The notes beneath the pieces were generated by a model. It ran no database searches, had not been told where the DNA came from, and saw nothing but the letters and a program-made list of their open reading frames with translations. From the IMG/VR virus record IMGVR_UViG_2537562173_000010: a stretch of DNA of 36,398 nt; one strand, written 5' to 3'. Source of the stretch: a virus. Its lineage: Duplodnaviria; Heunggongvirae; Uroviricota; Caudoviricetes. Shown here piece by piece: positions 36,081-36,398 of this stretch (positions are counted from its first letter, which is position 1; each line of letters opens with the position of its first letter). Both the position numbers and the translations under genes were made by a program.

Positions 36081-36398
36081 TCACTCTCCACATTTGAATG
36101 TCAGACGAGCGACGCCATGTAATCCTGCACCTTCTGTCTTCAGGTCAACTATCTGCATTTTTTTGCCCTGAGTAACACAGAAATGAACTGCATCATTTTT
36201 TACTATATTTTCTGCACCAGATATTCTACCCCTGGCTAAAGAAGCTTCGGCTTCGGTGTAGTATTGGTTATCGAGTTTACGCTGAATATTACTTTTATAT
36301 GCAAGACCAAATTTACCGATACTTGTCTCATCATTATGTACAGCACACCCAGACATAAGAAAAACACTAATTAATGATATAGCAGCTATCTTTTTCAT
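36081..36398 (-). CDS. yegR: small lipoprotein (105 aa), probably YegR
   Basis: Signal peptide plus lipobox (LMSGC). Complete ORF with ATG at the window end. Position right of the prophage corresponds to yegR in the K-12 yegQ–cyaR–ogrK–yegZ–yegR arrangement (from memory). Confidence 0.5.
   Translation of the reverse strand: MKKIAAISLISVFLMSGCAVHNDETSIGKFGLAYKSNIQRKLDNQYYTEAEASLARGRISGAENIVKNDAVHFCVTQGKKMQIVDLKTEGAGLHGVARLTFKCGE

Noticed and set aside
1-36398. CRISPR arrays, tRNA or rRNA genes
   Set aside because: No regularly spaced multi-copy short repeats and no cloverleaf-like tRNA sequence noticed by eye. The prophage att site is in an sRNA gene, not a tRNA. A proper tRNA scan was not possible.

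Overview
This window is a chromosomal yegQ–cyaR–[P2-like prophage]–yegR locus from an Escherichia-type enterobacterial genome. The prophage is about 32.5 kb (3209..35753), bounded by 28-bp imperfect direct repeats: attL lies in the 3' end of the sRNA gene cyaR and attR lies beside int. Gene order and protein lengths follow phage P2 almost gene for gene: ogr-D-U-T-E/E'-FII-FI | G-H-I-J-W-V-S-R-lysBC-lysA-K-Y-X-L-M-N-O on the minus strand, P-Q and cos on the plus strand, then A, the early-operon ORFs, B, cox (minus) and C, int (plus). All assignments rest on reading the translated ORFs and on recalled P2 biology; no database search or computation was run. Two visibly AT-rich cargo islands sit at the two classical P2 accessory hotspots. 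(1) At the Z/fun position between G and FI (about 10.05–12.63 kb) there is a small FimB/FimE-like tyrosine recombinase, a 280-aa protein of unknown function and a small membrane protein, bracketed by 23-bp near-palindromic direct repeats with a third inverted copy inside a hairpin. I read this as a candidate recombinase-controlled (excisable or invertible) cargo cassette, and it is the most interesting candidate in the window. (2) At the tin/old position between A and cos there is a roughly 738-aa Rad50/SMC-like ABC ATPase with a CxxC motif and a possible HEPN-like C-terminus, split into two ORFs by an exact 19-bp tandem duplication. Two essential morphogenetic genes, V (baseplate spike) and P (large terminase), carry internal out-of-frame deletions, so the prophage is probably cryptic while still carrying its cargo.
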